In this document: piece after piece, positions 39,904-49,900 of the stretch
Layout: each line of letters starts with the position of its first letter
Numbering within the stretch: position 1 is the first letter of the stretch
Assembly (NCBI GenBank): GCA_035559595.1
Contig: DATMBF010000028.1
Span: 23,864 to 87,863, forward strand
DNA length: 64,000 bases
Reading direction: 5' to 3'
Source of the DNA: Bacteroidota bacterium
GTDB taxonomy: Bacteria; Bacteroidota; Ignavibacteria; UBA10030
Notes under the pieces: generated by a model
What the model saw: only the letters and a program-made list of their open reading frames with translations
Databases searched by the model: none
What the model was told of the DNA's origin: nothing
Made by a program: the position numbers and the translations under genes

Positions 39904-41892
39904 ATGAGCACACATCGAACTGCACGGTCACAAACAGAACAAGTTCCCCTTACGAAGAAACGCCTCTTTGCCGTTGTCACCATTACTACCCCCCTTCTCT
40001 TTTTTCTCTTGCTGGAATTCACGCTTCGCCTTGTTTCCTACGGGCCGAATCTCTCTCTGTTCCACACTGAAAAGATCGGTTCGCGCCGCTACTACGTCAT
40101 GAATCCGGATGTGAAGTTGCGATACTTCCAAAGGGTCGAGTTCAGCCCAAACACTTCGGCTGACTACTTTCTCATGCCGAAGCCAATCGGCACCTACCGC
40201 ATCTTTGTCCTTGGGGGATCGACAACGGTCGGGTTTCCGTACGGGTATGTGGGATCATTTTCCACATTCCTTCGCCAGCGGCTGCAGAGTGCTTTTCCCC
40301 ACAAACGAATCGAGATTATCAACCTCGGCATGACAGCAACAAACAGTTACACCGTTCTCGACCTTGCAAAGGAGGTTGTGAACTATCAACCAGACCTCCT
40401 TCTGGTCTATGACGGTCATAATGAGTTTTACGGTGCTCTGGGAATCGCATCCCATGAGCACGTGGGTGGTACGCACTGGGCCGTCAAGCTTCATCTCTGG
40501 CTCGTCCATCAACGCATCTACAACCTGGTGCGCAACATGATAGCCCTGCTGGCTCCATCATCACAGACCGCCCCTGCGAGTGGGACACTGATGGAACGCC
40601 TTGCCCAAGGCAAATACATCCCATGGGGAAACAGCGAATACAGAGAATGTTTAGAGAATTTCAAAAGGAACATCAGAGATCTGGCTGATTTGGCAAGGGA
40701 ACATGGTGTTCCATTGATTCTTTCGACCCAGGCCTCAAATTTACGAGATCACCCACCCTTTGTCTCTGAACTCGATAACACTCCTCCCCCGAATCAATCT
40801 ACAATCCGCCAATTGTTTACGGAAGGCCTCCGATATCGAGAGCAGGGAGAGTTCGCTCAAGCCCTGACGGTCTTTCGATCCGTCCAGAACATTGACTCGT
40901 TTCGTGCAGACACGCGCTACGCAATTGCGAAGATGCTGGATACGCTGGGGTCCTTTCGAGAGGCTCTCAGAGAATACAGTCGGGCTCGCGATTACGATAT
41001 GCTCCGTTTTCGCACCAGCAGTGACTTCAATGATGCGATTCGTGAACTCGGACAACAAAGCGGTGTTTGGGTTGCGGACGTGGAGACTTTCCTTTCGCAA
41101 CATGCACGAGATTCTATCATCGGAAATGATCTCATCCTCGAACACCTTCATCCCAATCTCAAAGGGTATTTTCTCATTGCCAAATGTTATTTTGAAACGA
41201 TGAGACACGCGGGCCTTTTGGCGCCATCCGAGGAATGGAGGGCCACCGATACAATAAGCGATGAGGTTCTTTGGGAAGAAAAGAGTATTACCGAAATCGA
41301 TATCATGGCAGCCTCGAGAAGAATCCAATTTTTAACGTCCGGCTGGCCGTTTCGTATGCAGCAGACGCCAGCCGCTCCGAAGCTTCCACAAGTAATTCAA
41401 GAAATTGCAGACTCCCTAGCGTCCGCTCGCATCACTTGGGAACAGGCCCATGTGATGGCCGCAGAATGGTATGAGCGAAATGGCAACCTCGATAAGGCAG
41501 AGAGAGAGTACAAGGCTTTGATGGACCAAATTCCTGTAAACGTCTCCGCCTATCTGCGACTCGCCCAGCTACTGATCCGGACAGACAATTTGACGGAAGC
41601 TCGGGAAGTACTCGAACGATCCCTCGAGATCGAAGAAACGTTTCACGGTTTCTTGTTACTCGGTAAAATCTCGCACAATGACAAGAATTACGCAAAAGCC
41701 ATTTCCTTGTTCGACAAAGCAAGAGGATTGGCAACAACGCGCGCCGAACGAAATGAGGCCATGTTCTTCGCCGCGCTTGGGGTGTTCGAATCAGGAGACA
41801 CTGCGGAAGCAATCAACCGCCTCCGGGATTTGCTGCAGCAAGATCCGTCGTTCCGTCCTGCCCGCGCATTACTCAGTCAACTCCACCAATGA
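39904..41892 (+). CDS. membrane-anchored SGNH-like hydrolase/acyltransferase domain protein with C-terminal TPR repeats
   Basis: Start taken at internal ATG (MSTHRTARSQ...). An N-terminal TM is followed by an SGNH-like domain with blocks FVLGGSTTVGFP, YDGHNEFYG and EHLHPN, then TPR repeats. Confidence 0.6.
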   Translation: MSTHRTARSQTEQVPLTKKRLFAVVTITTPLLFFLLLEFTLRLVSYGPNLSLFHTEKIGSRRYYVMNPDVKLRYFQRVEFSPNTSADYFLMPKPIGTYRIFVLGGSTTVGFPYGYVGSFSTFLRQRLQSAFPHKRIEIINLGMTATNSYTVLDLAKEVVNYQPDLLLVYDGHNEFYGALGIASHEHVGGTHWAVKLHLWLVHQRIYNLVRNMIALLAPSSQTAPASGTLMERLAQGKYIPWGNSEYRECLENFKRNIRDLADLAREHGVPLILSTQASNLRDHPPFVSELDNTPPPNQSTIRQLFTEGLRYREQGEFAQALTVFRSVQNIDSFRADTRYAIAKMLDTLGSFREALREYSRARDYDMLRFRTSSDFNDAIRELGQQSGVWVADVETFLSQHARDSIIGNDLILEHLHPNLKGYFLIAKCYFETMRHAGLLAPSEEWRATDTISDEVLWEEKSITEIDIMAASRRIQFLTSGWPFRMQQTPAAPKLPQVIQEIADSLASARITWEQAHVMAAEWYERNGNLDKAEREYKALMDQIPVNVSAYLRLAQLLIRTDNLTEAREVLERSLEIEETFHGFLLLGKISHNDKNYAKAISLFDKARGLATTRAERNEAMFFAALGVFESGDTAEAINRLRDLLQQDPSFRPARALLSQLHQ

Positions 41893-43889
41893 TCAAGCAA
41901 CAAGAGAACCCGGCAATACCGCGCTCGAGGGGACGTCTTTTCCTCTTTCGCATTACCATCGTCTTGTTTCCAATTGTGTTTTTGCTCAGCCTCGAACTCT
42001 TTCTGCGCATTGTCCACTACGGGGATGATTACTCCCTCGTCATCTCGCGATCGATCAAAGGAAAAGAGTACTACCAGCTCAATCGCGGATTTGCCAGGAA
42101 ATATTTCGCACAAGCCGGCATTGCGGTGCCTGAACTTGTTACCGATGTTTTCGAGCGAGAAAAAGGGGAATCAACGATTCGCATCTTTTGCCTGGGAGAA
42201 TCAACGATGGCAGGTTTCCCCTATGAATACAACGCAACAGCTCCTTCATTTCTCAAAGACAGACTCTCCCTCCTGCTTCCACGGCGAAATGTCGAGGTCA
42301 TCAATGTCGGACTCGCCGCTGTGGGATCAACAGTCGTTCTCGACCTATTGAGCGAAGTGATGGAATTTCAGCCCGATCTCGTTGTCATTTATGTCGGCCA
42401 CAACGAATTTTACGGCATCTATGGCGCCGCATCCACCATCCAAATCCCCGGCGGTCGATGGATCACGAAACTACACCTTCGTCTCTTAGAAAGTCGCCTC
42501 TACCTTTTTCTAAGGAGTGTACTGATATCCCTTCGACTTATGATTTCTCCATCGGAGGGATTGGATAAACGGAATCTCATGCAGCAAATGATCAAGCAGG
42601 ATGTTCCGTTGGAAAGTCCGCTCTACAAGGAAGCACGAGCGAATTTTGCTAAAAACGTCGGGAACATGCTCGATATTGCTGCGGAGAGAAGAATCCCTCT
42701 CCTCTTCTGTACTCTGGTGAGTAATCTTCGTACGCATCCTCCGTTTCGCCCTCTCGCAAATGTGAACAACGCGGATGACTATAAACAGCTCATTGCCATG
42801 GGCGATTCGGCCTCGGTTCGCCAGAACCACAGCATCGCCGCAATACAGTATTCCGAAGCTGCGCGAAGAGATACAGGTAATGCCCTTGCCTTTTTTAAGC
42901 TTGGCACCGCTCTTTACCATTTGCAGGATTATGAAGCAGCCCGACGAGCCTTCGTACGAGCCAAGGACCTCGATGCCCTGCGCTTTCGCGCAACCGAAGA
43001 TTTCCAGCAAATCTTGATCCAGACGGTTAATGGCAAAAGCGGCTATATCGCCCGCATTGATTCAGTTTTTGCCCTTCATTCTCCCCATGGCATTATCGGA
43101 AGCGAACTCATGACCGAGCACCTGCATCCAAACATAGAGGGTTATTTTCTCATGGCCAAAACGCTTGCCGCGACAATCCTCGAAAAGGGGCTTATCGAAA
43201 AGAATGGCCAGGAGATGCAACTCATCACGGATGAAGTGGTCTGGAATCGCTCTGGGGTTACTACTTTTGACACCCTTTTGGGTAGTATCACAATCTCATT
43301 CCTCACTCAACAATGGCCTTTCACAGACTCAAAACTCCCCCCTCGTTTTACTCCCTCCGATGTACCTCAAGCCATTGTCTATGAATATCTCACTCGAAAA
43401 CTGGAATGGAGAGAAGCTCGGTATCTCCTCTCTGAGCATTATGCGGCCAACGGCCAGTATGATCGGGCACGAGCAGAATGTCGCGCAGTAGAAAAAGTGC
43501 GACCGTTCGATTACGAGCCCGCTCTTCGTCGTGGGGACTACTATCTTGCCCAAAACAACTTTCAAGCGGCCATCAATGAATATGAAAACTCACTCGAGGC
43601 CGAAGAAAATCCTTTTGCCCATTCAAAACTTGGGCTTATTTACCTTCAGCAACACAATATCCCCCGAGCGATCGCCTATCTCCTGAAATCTCTCCAGCCA
43701 GTCTCGGATCACACCCTTTCTCTCCCGAAGAACATCATTGCTTCCAACCACTATCTGCTTGCAGTAGCCTACGCTCAGAATGGACAATTTGCAATGGCTC
43801 GACAATACGCGCAAAGGTCGTTAACGCTAAATCCAGACCTTCGCCAAGCGGAAGATCTTCTTCGCCAGATCGAACGTATCAAGCGCTGA
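41889..43889 (+). CDS. paralog of preceding gene: TM + SGNH-like domain + TPR repeats
   Basis: Same architecture and motifs (FCLGESTMAGFP, YVGHNEFYG, EHLHPN, C-terminal TPRs). It overlaps the upstream paralog by 4 nt. Confidence 0.6.
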   Translation: MIKQQENPAIPRSRGRLFLFRITIVLFPIVFLLSLELFLRIVHYGDDYSLVISRSIKGKEYYQLNRGFARKYFAQAGIAVPELVTDVFEREKGESTIRIFCLGESTMAGFPYEYNATAPSFLKDRLSLLLPRRNVEVINVGLAAVGSTVVLDLLSEVMEFQPDLVVIYVGHNEFYGIYGAASTIQIPGGRWITKLHLRLLESRLYLFLRSVLISLRLMISPSEGLDKRNLMQQMIKQDVPLESPLYKEARANFAKNVGNMLDIAAERRIPLLFCTLVSNLRTHPPFRPLANVNNADDYKQLIAMGDSASVRQNHSIAAIQYSEAARRDTGNALAFFKLGTALYHLQDYEAARRAFVRAKDLDALRFRATEDFQQILIQTVNGKSGYIARIDSVFALHSPHGIIGSELMTEHLHPNIEGYFLMAKTLAATILEKGLIEKNGQEMQLITDEVVWNRSGVTTFDTLLGSITISFLTQQWPFTDSKLPPRFTPSDVPQAIVYEYLTRKLEWREARYLLSEHYAANGQYDRARAECRAVEKVRPFDYEPALRRGDYYLAQNNFQAAINEYENSLEAEENPFAHSKLGLIYLQQHNIPRAIAYLLKSLQPVSDHTLSLPKNIIASNHYLLAVAYAQNGQFAMARQYAQRSLTLNPDLRQAEDLLRQIERIKR

Positions 43890-43893
43890 AAAC

Positions 43894-43932
43894 AAAAAAG
43901 GGAAAGAGAAATTGTCTCCCTTTCCCTTTTGT
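43894..43932. terminator. bidirectional intrinsic terminator hairpin between convergent genes
   Basis: The imperfect inverted repeat AAAAGGGAAAGAGAA-attg-TCTCCCTTTCCCTTTT is flanked by A-run and T-run. It lies between the stop at 43889 (+) and the stop at 43949 (-). Confidence 0.5.
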
Positions 43933-43948
43933 CAGTCTACCTTCAGGG

Positions 43949-45829
43949 CTACTTCATCAGAATCATTTTACGAACCTGATAATACGGACCTGCCTGCAGG
44001 CTGTAGAAATACACACCCGAGGCAAGCCGATTCGCTTCAAAGAGGACCACATGATTGCCGGCAGGCTGTTCCTCATTGTTGAGTAACGTGGTGACAACCT
44101 GACCGAGAATGTTGTAAACCTTGAGAGTTACCCTTGAATGCTGGGGCAGAGTGTATCGAATCCTTGTCGAGGGATTGAAAGGATTCGGGTAGTTCTGCAG
44201 GAGCTCGAACGTACTGGGCGGCCCAAAAGGTTGCTCTTGAGCGACCGATGTTAAGCCATTGAACGGTGCCGTCTCAGCAGGCATCGGAGCATTCTTTTGC
44301 CACACATCGACTGGCATGGTGTAATTGCGCGGGAAGACATTCCCAACACCAGCCGTCGCAGGTTGAATGTATCTGCTCCTGTAAGGATTTTGGACACCTA
44401 ACCCGCCACCTTCGTTCACGGTTCCGGTCTGCGCTCCTCCATGGATATACCGGTAGTAATAGAGGAAATTGTAATGTGTCTTTCCACGAATGGTAACGGA
44501 TGCTTCATAGATGCTGTCGTTGTTAGCATCCGTCATCGTGACGCCGGAAGAGGAAACGCCCTGAACACTTCTGGCCAGGTCATCGAACCAGACCCACTTT
44601 AACGTGTCAGTTCCTTTGACAAAAGGATCGACGTATGTCATTGCAGGTCTCATGTCAACCCGGAAAGTCACAGTAACAGTATCCGTGGTGTTGAGCAACA
44701 GTCCATTTGGGTTGATACTGCTGAAGTAGTAGAGATTCGTCTGGAGATTTCCACCGTTTCCTAAGTTGAAGATCCGGTTTCCATCTCCACGATCCGCCGG
44801 GTGGTCGTACATGTAGCCTTCGCGGTTCGTCCCGTGCACATAGCCGGGGAAGCGAGCCGTGGCCGTTGCCGAATCGATGTCCATAAAGAACTTATGCGGT
44901 ACATCGTCAAAGGATGAACCGGTATAGGGTAGCGACACCTCGTAGATTTCAGTGCCCGGTACACGCTCCATCTTTGTACCACTCCATCCATTGAATGGCC
45001 CTCGAACTTCCATCGAATCGTTGGTCGTTCTTTGGAACCATCCCAACTGCTGGTACGCGCTCATGTCAACGCGCCAGAGGATGTTTCCGCTGACGGGGAC
45101 GTTAACCACAGAGTCATTATTGAAATATACCACGGGAATAGGTCCACCACCCGTTGGTACGGTATACTGTCGGTCGCTGCCATCTTCCCAATCTCCACCA
45201 CGGGGAGTCTTGAGGAACTTGTACTGAATGGAGCTTCCTTCCTGCAGATTGATCGTTTTCGTGTATATGCTATCGTTGTCGGCATCTTTCAGGGTGTCAG
45301 TCGAAGATCCCCAGCCATTGAAACTGCCGGCGACTCTAACAATATCCGAACTCGGAACGAACAACTGCTCCAGGATTTTCACACGCATATTGACTTGAAA
45401 AGTCACTGGCACCAACACCGGAGGCGTGTACACTGAGTCATTATCGAACCAGAGAACAGGAAGAGTGGTATCCTTCGAAACTGAGAGCGTCTTGTTGTCG
45501 CCGCCTTCCCAGTCGCTTCCCGCCCGCAGTGTTTTCAGGAACTTATATTCGATATTACCGGCTGAGAGGGCCACAGTTTTCGTGTAAATACTGTCTCCGT
45601 CAGCATCCTTGAGCGTGTCTGTAGAGCTGCCCCAATTATTGAAGCTGCCGGCAACTCGCACGATATCACCGCTGCCAGGAACAAAAGCCCCTTCCCTCAT
45701 CTTGATACTCATATTCACCCGAAAAGTCACGTTGTAGGTCTGTCCGTAGACAGTTCCTTCTTCAACGAGGGGCATTAAACCGAGTATCAACGTGCCGCTA
45801 AAGAGCCAAAGTAAGTACTTCTTTTTCAT
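43949..45829 (-). CDS. T9SS-sorted secreted protein with four tandem carbohydrate-binding (CBM20/48-like, starch-binding-type) modules
   Basis: After the signal peptide there are repeated modules of about 120 aa (VRVAGSFNNWGSSTDTLKDADGDSIYTKT...YKFLK, present twice nearly identical plus two divergent copies). The C-terminus NYPNPFNPSTRIRYTLP...GVYFYSLQ...KMILMK is a T9SS CTD. Confidence 0.6.
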   Translation of the reverse strand: MKKKYLLWLFSGTLILGLMPLVEEGTVYGQTYNVTFRVNMSIKMREGAFVPGSGDIVRVAGSFNNWGSSTDTLKDADGDSIYTKTVALSAGNIEYKFLKTLRAGSDWEGGDNKTLSVSKDTTLPVLWFDNDSVYTPPVLVPVTFQVNMRVKILEQLFVPSSDIVRVAGSFNGWGSSTDTLKDADNDSIYTKTINLQEGSSIQYKFLKTPRGGDWEDGSDRQYTVPTGGGPIPVVYFNNDSVVNVPVSGNILWRVDMSAYQQLGWFQRTTNDSMEVRGPFNGWSGTKMERVPGTEIYEVSLPYTGSSFDDVPHKFFMDIDSATATARFPGYVHGTNREGYMYDHPADRGDGNRIFNLGNGGNLQTNLYYFSSINPNGLLLNTTDTVTVTFRVDMRPAMTYVDPFVKGTDTLKWVWFDDLARSVQGVSSSGVTMTDANNDSIYEASVTIRGKTHYNFLYYYRYIHGGAQTGTVNEGGGLGVQNPYRSRYIQPATAGVGNVFPRNYTMPVDVWQKNAPMPAETAPFNGLTSVAQEQPFGPPSTFELLQNYPNPFNPSTRIRYTLPQHSRVTLKVYNILGQVVTTLLNNEEQPAGNHVVLFEANRLASGVYFYSLQAGPYYQVRKMILMK

Positions 45830-45936
45830 ACTTACTCCTTCACGTTGTGGTTATAAGATTAGTGGATTATAAAGGTACAATTGCTTTCAGCAAGAAGAAC
45901 AGTATGGACGATAGCAACCTCCTTTCTGTGCTCGCG

Positions 45937-46986
45937 TTAGAAGACCACGCCAAGCGCAAGTTTGTGGATGTTTTTGAGACGGCCAAAGCTTTCGTACGCA
46001 TAATCAAACTTGAACCCAAGTTCCTCGCTCACGTTGTACTGAATTCCTGTGCCGAGCGTAAACTCTTCCTCATGCTCACGCAAGCCAAAGCCCTTGTATC
46101 CTGCACGAATAAAAATCATGCGAGAAAAGAAGGAATACTCAACTCCCGTGTTGATGCTCTCGGCATTATCGTTGGGATGTGAGGCATCGGCCGCAACAAC
46201 AAGTGTGTGCCAGTCGTCTGCGAAAGCCTCGTATGCAATCCCGATCCGAAGATTGAGTGGGAGGTCAAAACGCTCCGTTGTCAGATTGGCGTTGATATTG
46301 GGATTGTTTCCTTTGTTCGGAGAAATATCCTTTTGAACGAGCAAATCCTCTCCGATGATCTGCATTTTGCCGCCAAAGTTCGAGATGCCTGCGCCAAATG
46401 TTAGGCCGGGAAACGGAGTCGTGAACAGTGTCCCGAGGTCAACGGCAAAACCCGTTGCGCCGGAGTTCCAAATAGTCTCGCTAATGTATTTCACATTTCC
46501 GCCGATTGAAAACCAGTTTGTAAGATTTCGTGCAAACGAGATTCCGATGGCAAAACTGCCTGCGGAGAAGTACTCTCCAATCCCGTCAGGCTGATCTTCG
46601 GTTGTGCGTTCCATCTCCCCCGCGTTCAATGATGTGAAACTCACTCCCACGGTACCAAGATCTCTGAGCGGCAAGATAACGCCGGCATAGTTGAAATCAA
46701 TGTCGGCAATCCATTCCGTATGCGCGAGGACAACCTCCCGTTGCTTCGCGCGTGCGATACCGGCCGGATTCCAATACATCCCTGTAGCGTCGTCAGCAAG
46801 AGCGACAAAGGCACCGCCCATGCCGAGGGCTCGAGCCCCCACGGGAATACTCAGGAATTTTGCCGCCGTCGTTCCTGTTTTTGTGAGATTCTGACCCCAG
46901 CAAATTCCCGTAACCAGAAAAACCAGAGCCGTCAAACTCCGAACTCTTTTCACCACGATCTCCTTATGAAGTCGTTCATGACGCAC
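45937..46986 (-). CDS. PorV/PorQ- or PorP/SprF-like outer-membrane beta-barrel protein (T9SS-associated)
   Basis: The signal peptide is followed by FLSIPVGARALGMGGAFVALADDATGMYWNPAGIA, which is typical of the PorV/PorQ family. The protein is beta-rich, ends in an aromatic residue, and abuts the upstream T9SS-CTD gene. Confidence 0.5.
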   Translation of the reverse strand: MRHERLHKEIVVKRVRSLTALVFLVTGICWGQNLTKTGTTAAKFLSIPVGARALGMGGAFVALADDATGMYWNPAGIARAKQREVVLAHTEWIADIDFNYAGVILPLRDLGTVGVSFTSLNAGEMERTTEDQPDGIGEYFSAGSFAIGISFARNLTNWFSIGGNVKYISETIWNSGATGFAVDLGTLFTTPFPGLTFGAGISNFGGKMQIIGEDLLVQKDISPNKGNNPNINANLTTERFDLPLNLRIGIAYEAFADDWHTLVVAADASHPNDNAESINTGVEYSFFSRMIFIRAGYKGFGLREHEEEFTLGTGIQYNVSEELGFKFDYAYESFGRLKNIHKLALGVVF

Positions 46987-49900
46987 CTATTTGATAACGG
47001 CAAACTTCCCTATCTTCTCTCCTATTCCCGGTGCCTCAATGTGATAAATATAGACGCCGTAAGAAACCGAAAGTTGGTCTCGAGAAAGAAGGTTCCATTC
47101 TGCCGTCCCGTCGAGCAACGTGCTGTCGTGTTCGATGGTTGCCACCAGCTCACCGTTGACCGTGTAAATTCGTATCGTACAGCGCTGTGGGAGGTGGATA
47201 AAATGAATTGACCGAGGTCCACGACCCGTTGCAAAGGGATTCCGCTCCTCCCACGTCGCCGCCGCGACATAGGGATTTGGAACAACTTTGATTCTATCGA
47301 GCTCCGACTTCGCTTTTGCAGTGTCAACCGTCGCCGCCGTTGTCGTAAATTCAAAAACATCTGACCCTCGGAAGATCTTCGAAAGCACGATTGTAGCGGT
47401 GTCCCCCGCTACCGGTCTCCCTCTCGAGGAGTTATAAAAGACTCTAAAACTCCACGTTGTAACAAGATTGCCCTGTAGGTCCCTCTCCAGGAAGATGATA
47501 ATGTCAGTTTCGCTGGCGTCAGCCGAGAAGATACCAGGCCCCCCATCGCTGGTGTTTAACTCCCAAAATGCAAACTCGATTTCCTTATTCTCACTGATAT
47601 TGAACACCTTGAAATTTACGGGCACAGCCGGTCGAAAGCCCGTCGACCCTGCTGGTGATCGCACTGTGTAAGCTGTTGATGTATCGAAATTGGCGGACCC
47701 GAAGATAACTTTGTAATCTGCCGGCTTTGGTAACCCGATAATGGCTCCACCCTTCCATTGTTTGAAATCAAAGTCATAAACCCCTGTCCTGTTCCATCCT
47801 GACAATGCCGGATTGACACCGAAGGTTTTTTCGTTTTGAAGAATCAGTCGAAAACCTTGCGTGAGCGGTTGCTCTGCGCCATCTTGGAGATTCTGGTTTC
47901 GGCGGATGAGAGTATCAGGAAAATTCTGATTTGTGATGTTAATGAGAGAATAGTTTTTCGTCTTGAAGGTATCTGGTGCCGTTCCGCCGCCGGAGATCAC
48001 CGTGTCCTCGAAGACGACACGATATCGGTTATTGGCGCGGATGCTTCTGGGGTCAACAACATCGAAGCGAACCTTCCCTGTTGTGTTTCCCTGGACAAGC
48101 GTGGCTGCGGTTCCCTGTGGAGGAACATATCCTGCCACAGGAGCCTCCGGAGTGACGATGACAACAGACTTCCCGATCGAACGAACTTCCCCTGTTACAT
48201 TATCAATACTGATGCGAAGGTTGCTTTCCGCCGGAGAAATCTGTAGGGGTGCGTACCCCTCGTCGTATGCCCGAATGGCGTAGTAATACTTCTGTCCGTT
48301 CTGCACCGTCGTATCGGTCCAGCTATGAAGAATTCCGGTATCATTTCCCAGATCAAACTGTACACCGTTAAACGAAACCGGGTGAAAGCCCTTGATGCCA
48401 TCCTTTCGATCAAACGTTACCAGGGCTTTCAAGAACGGTGCTGGATTTCCAAAAGCATCGGTGATGAGTCTGGCATCTTCGAAAGCCGGGTCTGTCGAAC
48501 GATAAATCTTATATCCCTGAAAATCTCTTGCCGGTGCTCCCGGAATCCCTTGGAGAAAACGGTCCACCGATTGCTCTGCCACGTCATCCCAGTACAGAGT
48601 GACCTTCCGGTCACCGGGAACCGCTTTGAGCGTCGGTTCCAACGGTGCTTGGGCAAATTGATAATCCTCCGTATATGCCAGGAGGGCATATTCTCGCTTT
48701 CGCAAGGCATCATCCATAGCCCCGCTCGCTCGCGCATTCCCCGCTCGCACAGCATTTCCGAATACAACAGCATAGGATATGCGCTCAATCTGACCCGGCC
48801 GAAGCGGAAATACGCCAGACGACACAAAAAGATCGCTTTCGCCTGTCGGTATCAATGCGGGATTGACAAAACTTCCCGGTAACATGAAGCTCGCCCAGAA
48901 AAAGATATCCGGTGTCGTGCTGAAATCAATGGCGCCAGCAGGAAGATATTGCACATTGGTTAAACCAATCTGGTCGGCCTCGGCAACGTCAGTTTTGTCG
49001 ATGTTTGGCTCACCCGGGAATGGCGTGTTCGCACCCGAGGTTGGCTTTCCATCTCCCTCACCCGGATCGCCGGTATTGGGTGCGCCGTCAAGCCCCACAT
49101 CATCGGTCAGAGGATTCCAGTCGCTATCGTTGTCATAGCCATCATCGCGTGACTCATCGATCATCTCATCGATGCCTTCGTCGATATTCGGATCGCGCGC
49201 CCCGTCACGGTTGATGTATTTCTTCCCAAGGTCCTCCGCACCAACGTCGTAAAGGAAAACGGTTGTGCCGGGAACGCGATAACGTTTGTACGGATCAGAG
49301 GCAGCTTGGTCGATCATAAGCTGCGTTACGGTAGGCCAATTCCCCAGCGAATTCCCATCATTGTCGATATTATCCTTATAGCGACGGCCCACATCTTCAG
49401 GACCTACATCGATAAGATGAATTACGCTGTCTTGAACTGCATCCGCTTCAGAATTGGGAGGCCATCGCTTCCATTGATAGCCATTGACATTATCCGAGCT
49501 CGCTTCGGTCACCATCGCACTCGTCACCGTCGGACTGCCAACCTCCCCGTCTCCATCATTGTCGATGCCATCAGCAAATCCTACTCCAACTTGGACACCA
49601 AAAGGAACGTGTGTGGAGTCCTCGTCGATTAACCCATTTCTGTTGTTGTCAACTCCGTCGGCTTTGATCTCTCCCCCGAGCATGGTCGGGAGAATCTTCG
49701 AGCCACCGGGCTCTCCATCTCCATCGTTATCAATCTTATCAGTGGCATTTCCTGGAGTCTCCAAGTAAAGGGTGGCTGCTGCTCCGACGAACGTACCTTG
49801 GAAAGCGGGATTCGAGCTAACGCCATCACTATCGAGCGAGAAGGCAATGTCAAGGAGTAGATCAAAGCTGGGACTGTCATCTTGCGAATCTCCATCGCCG

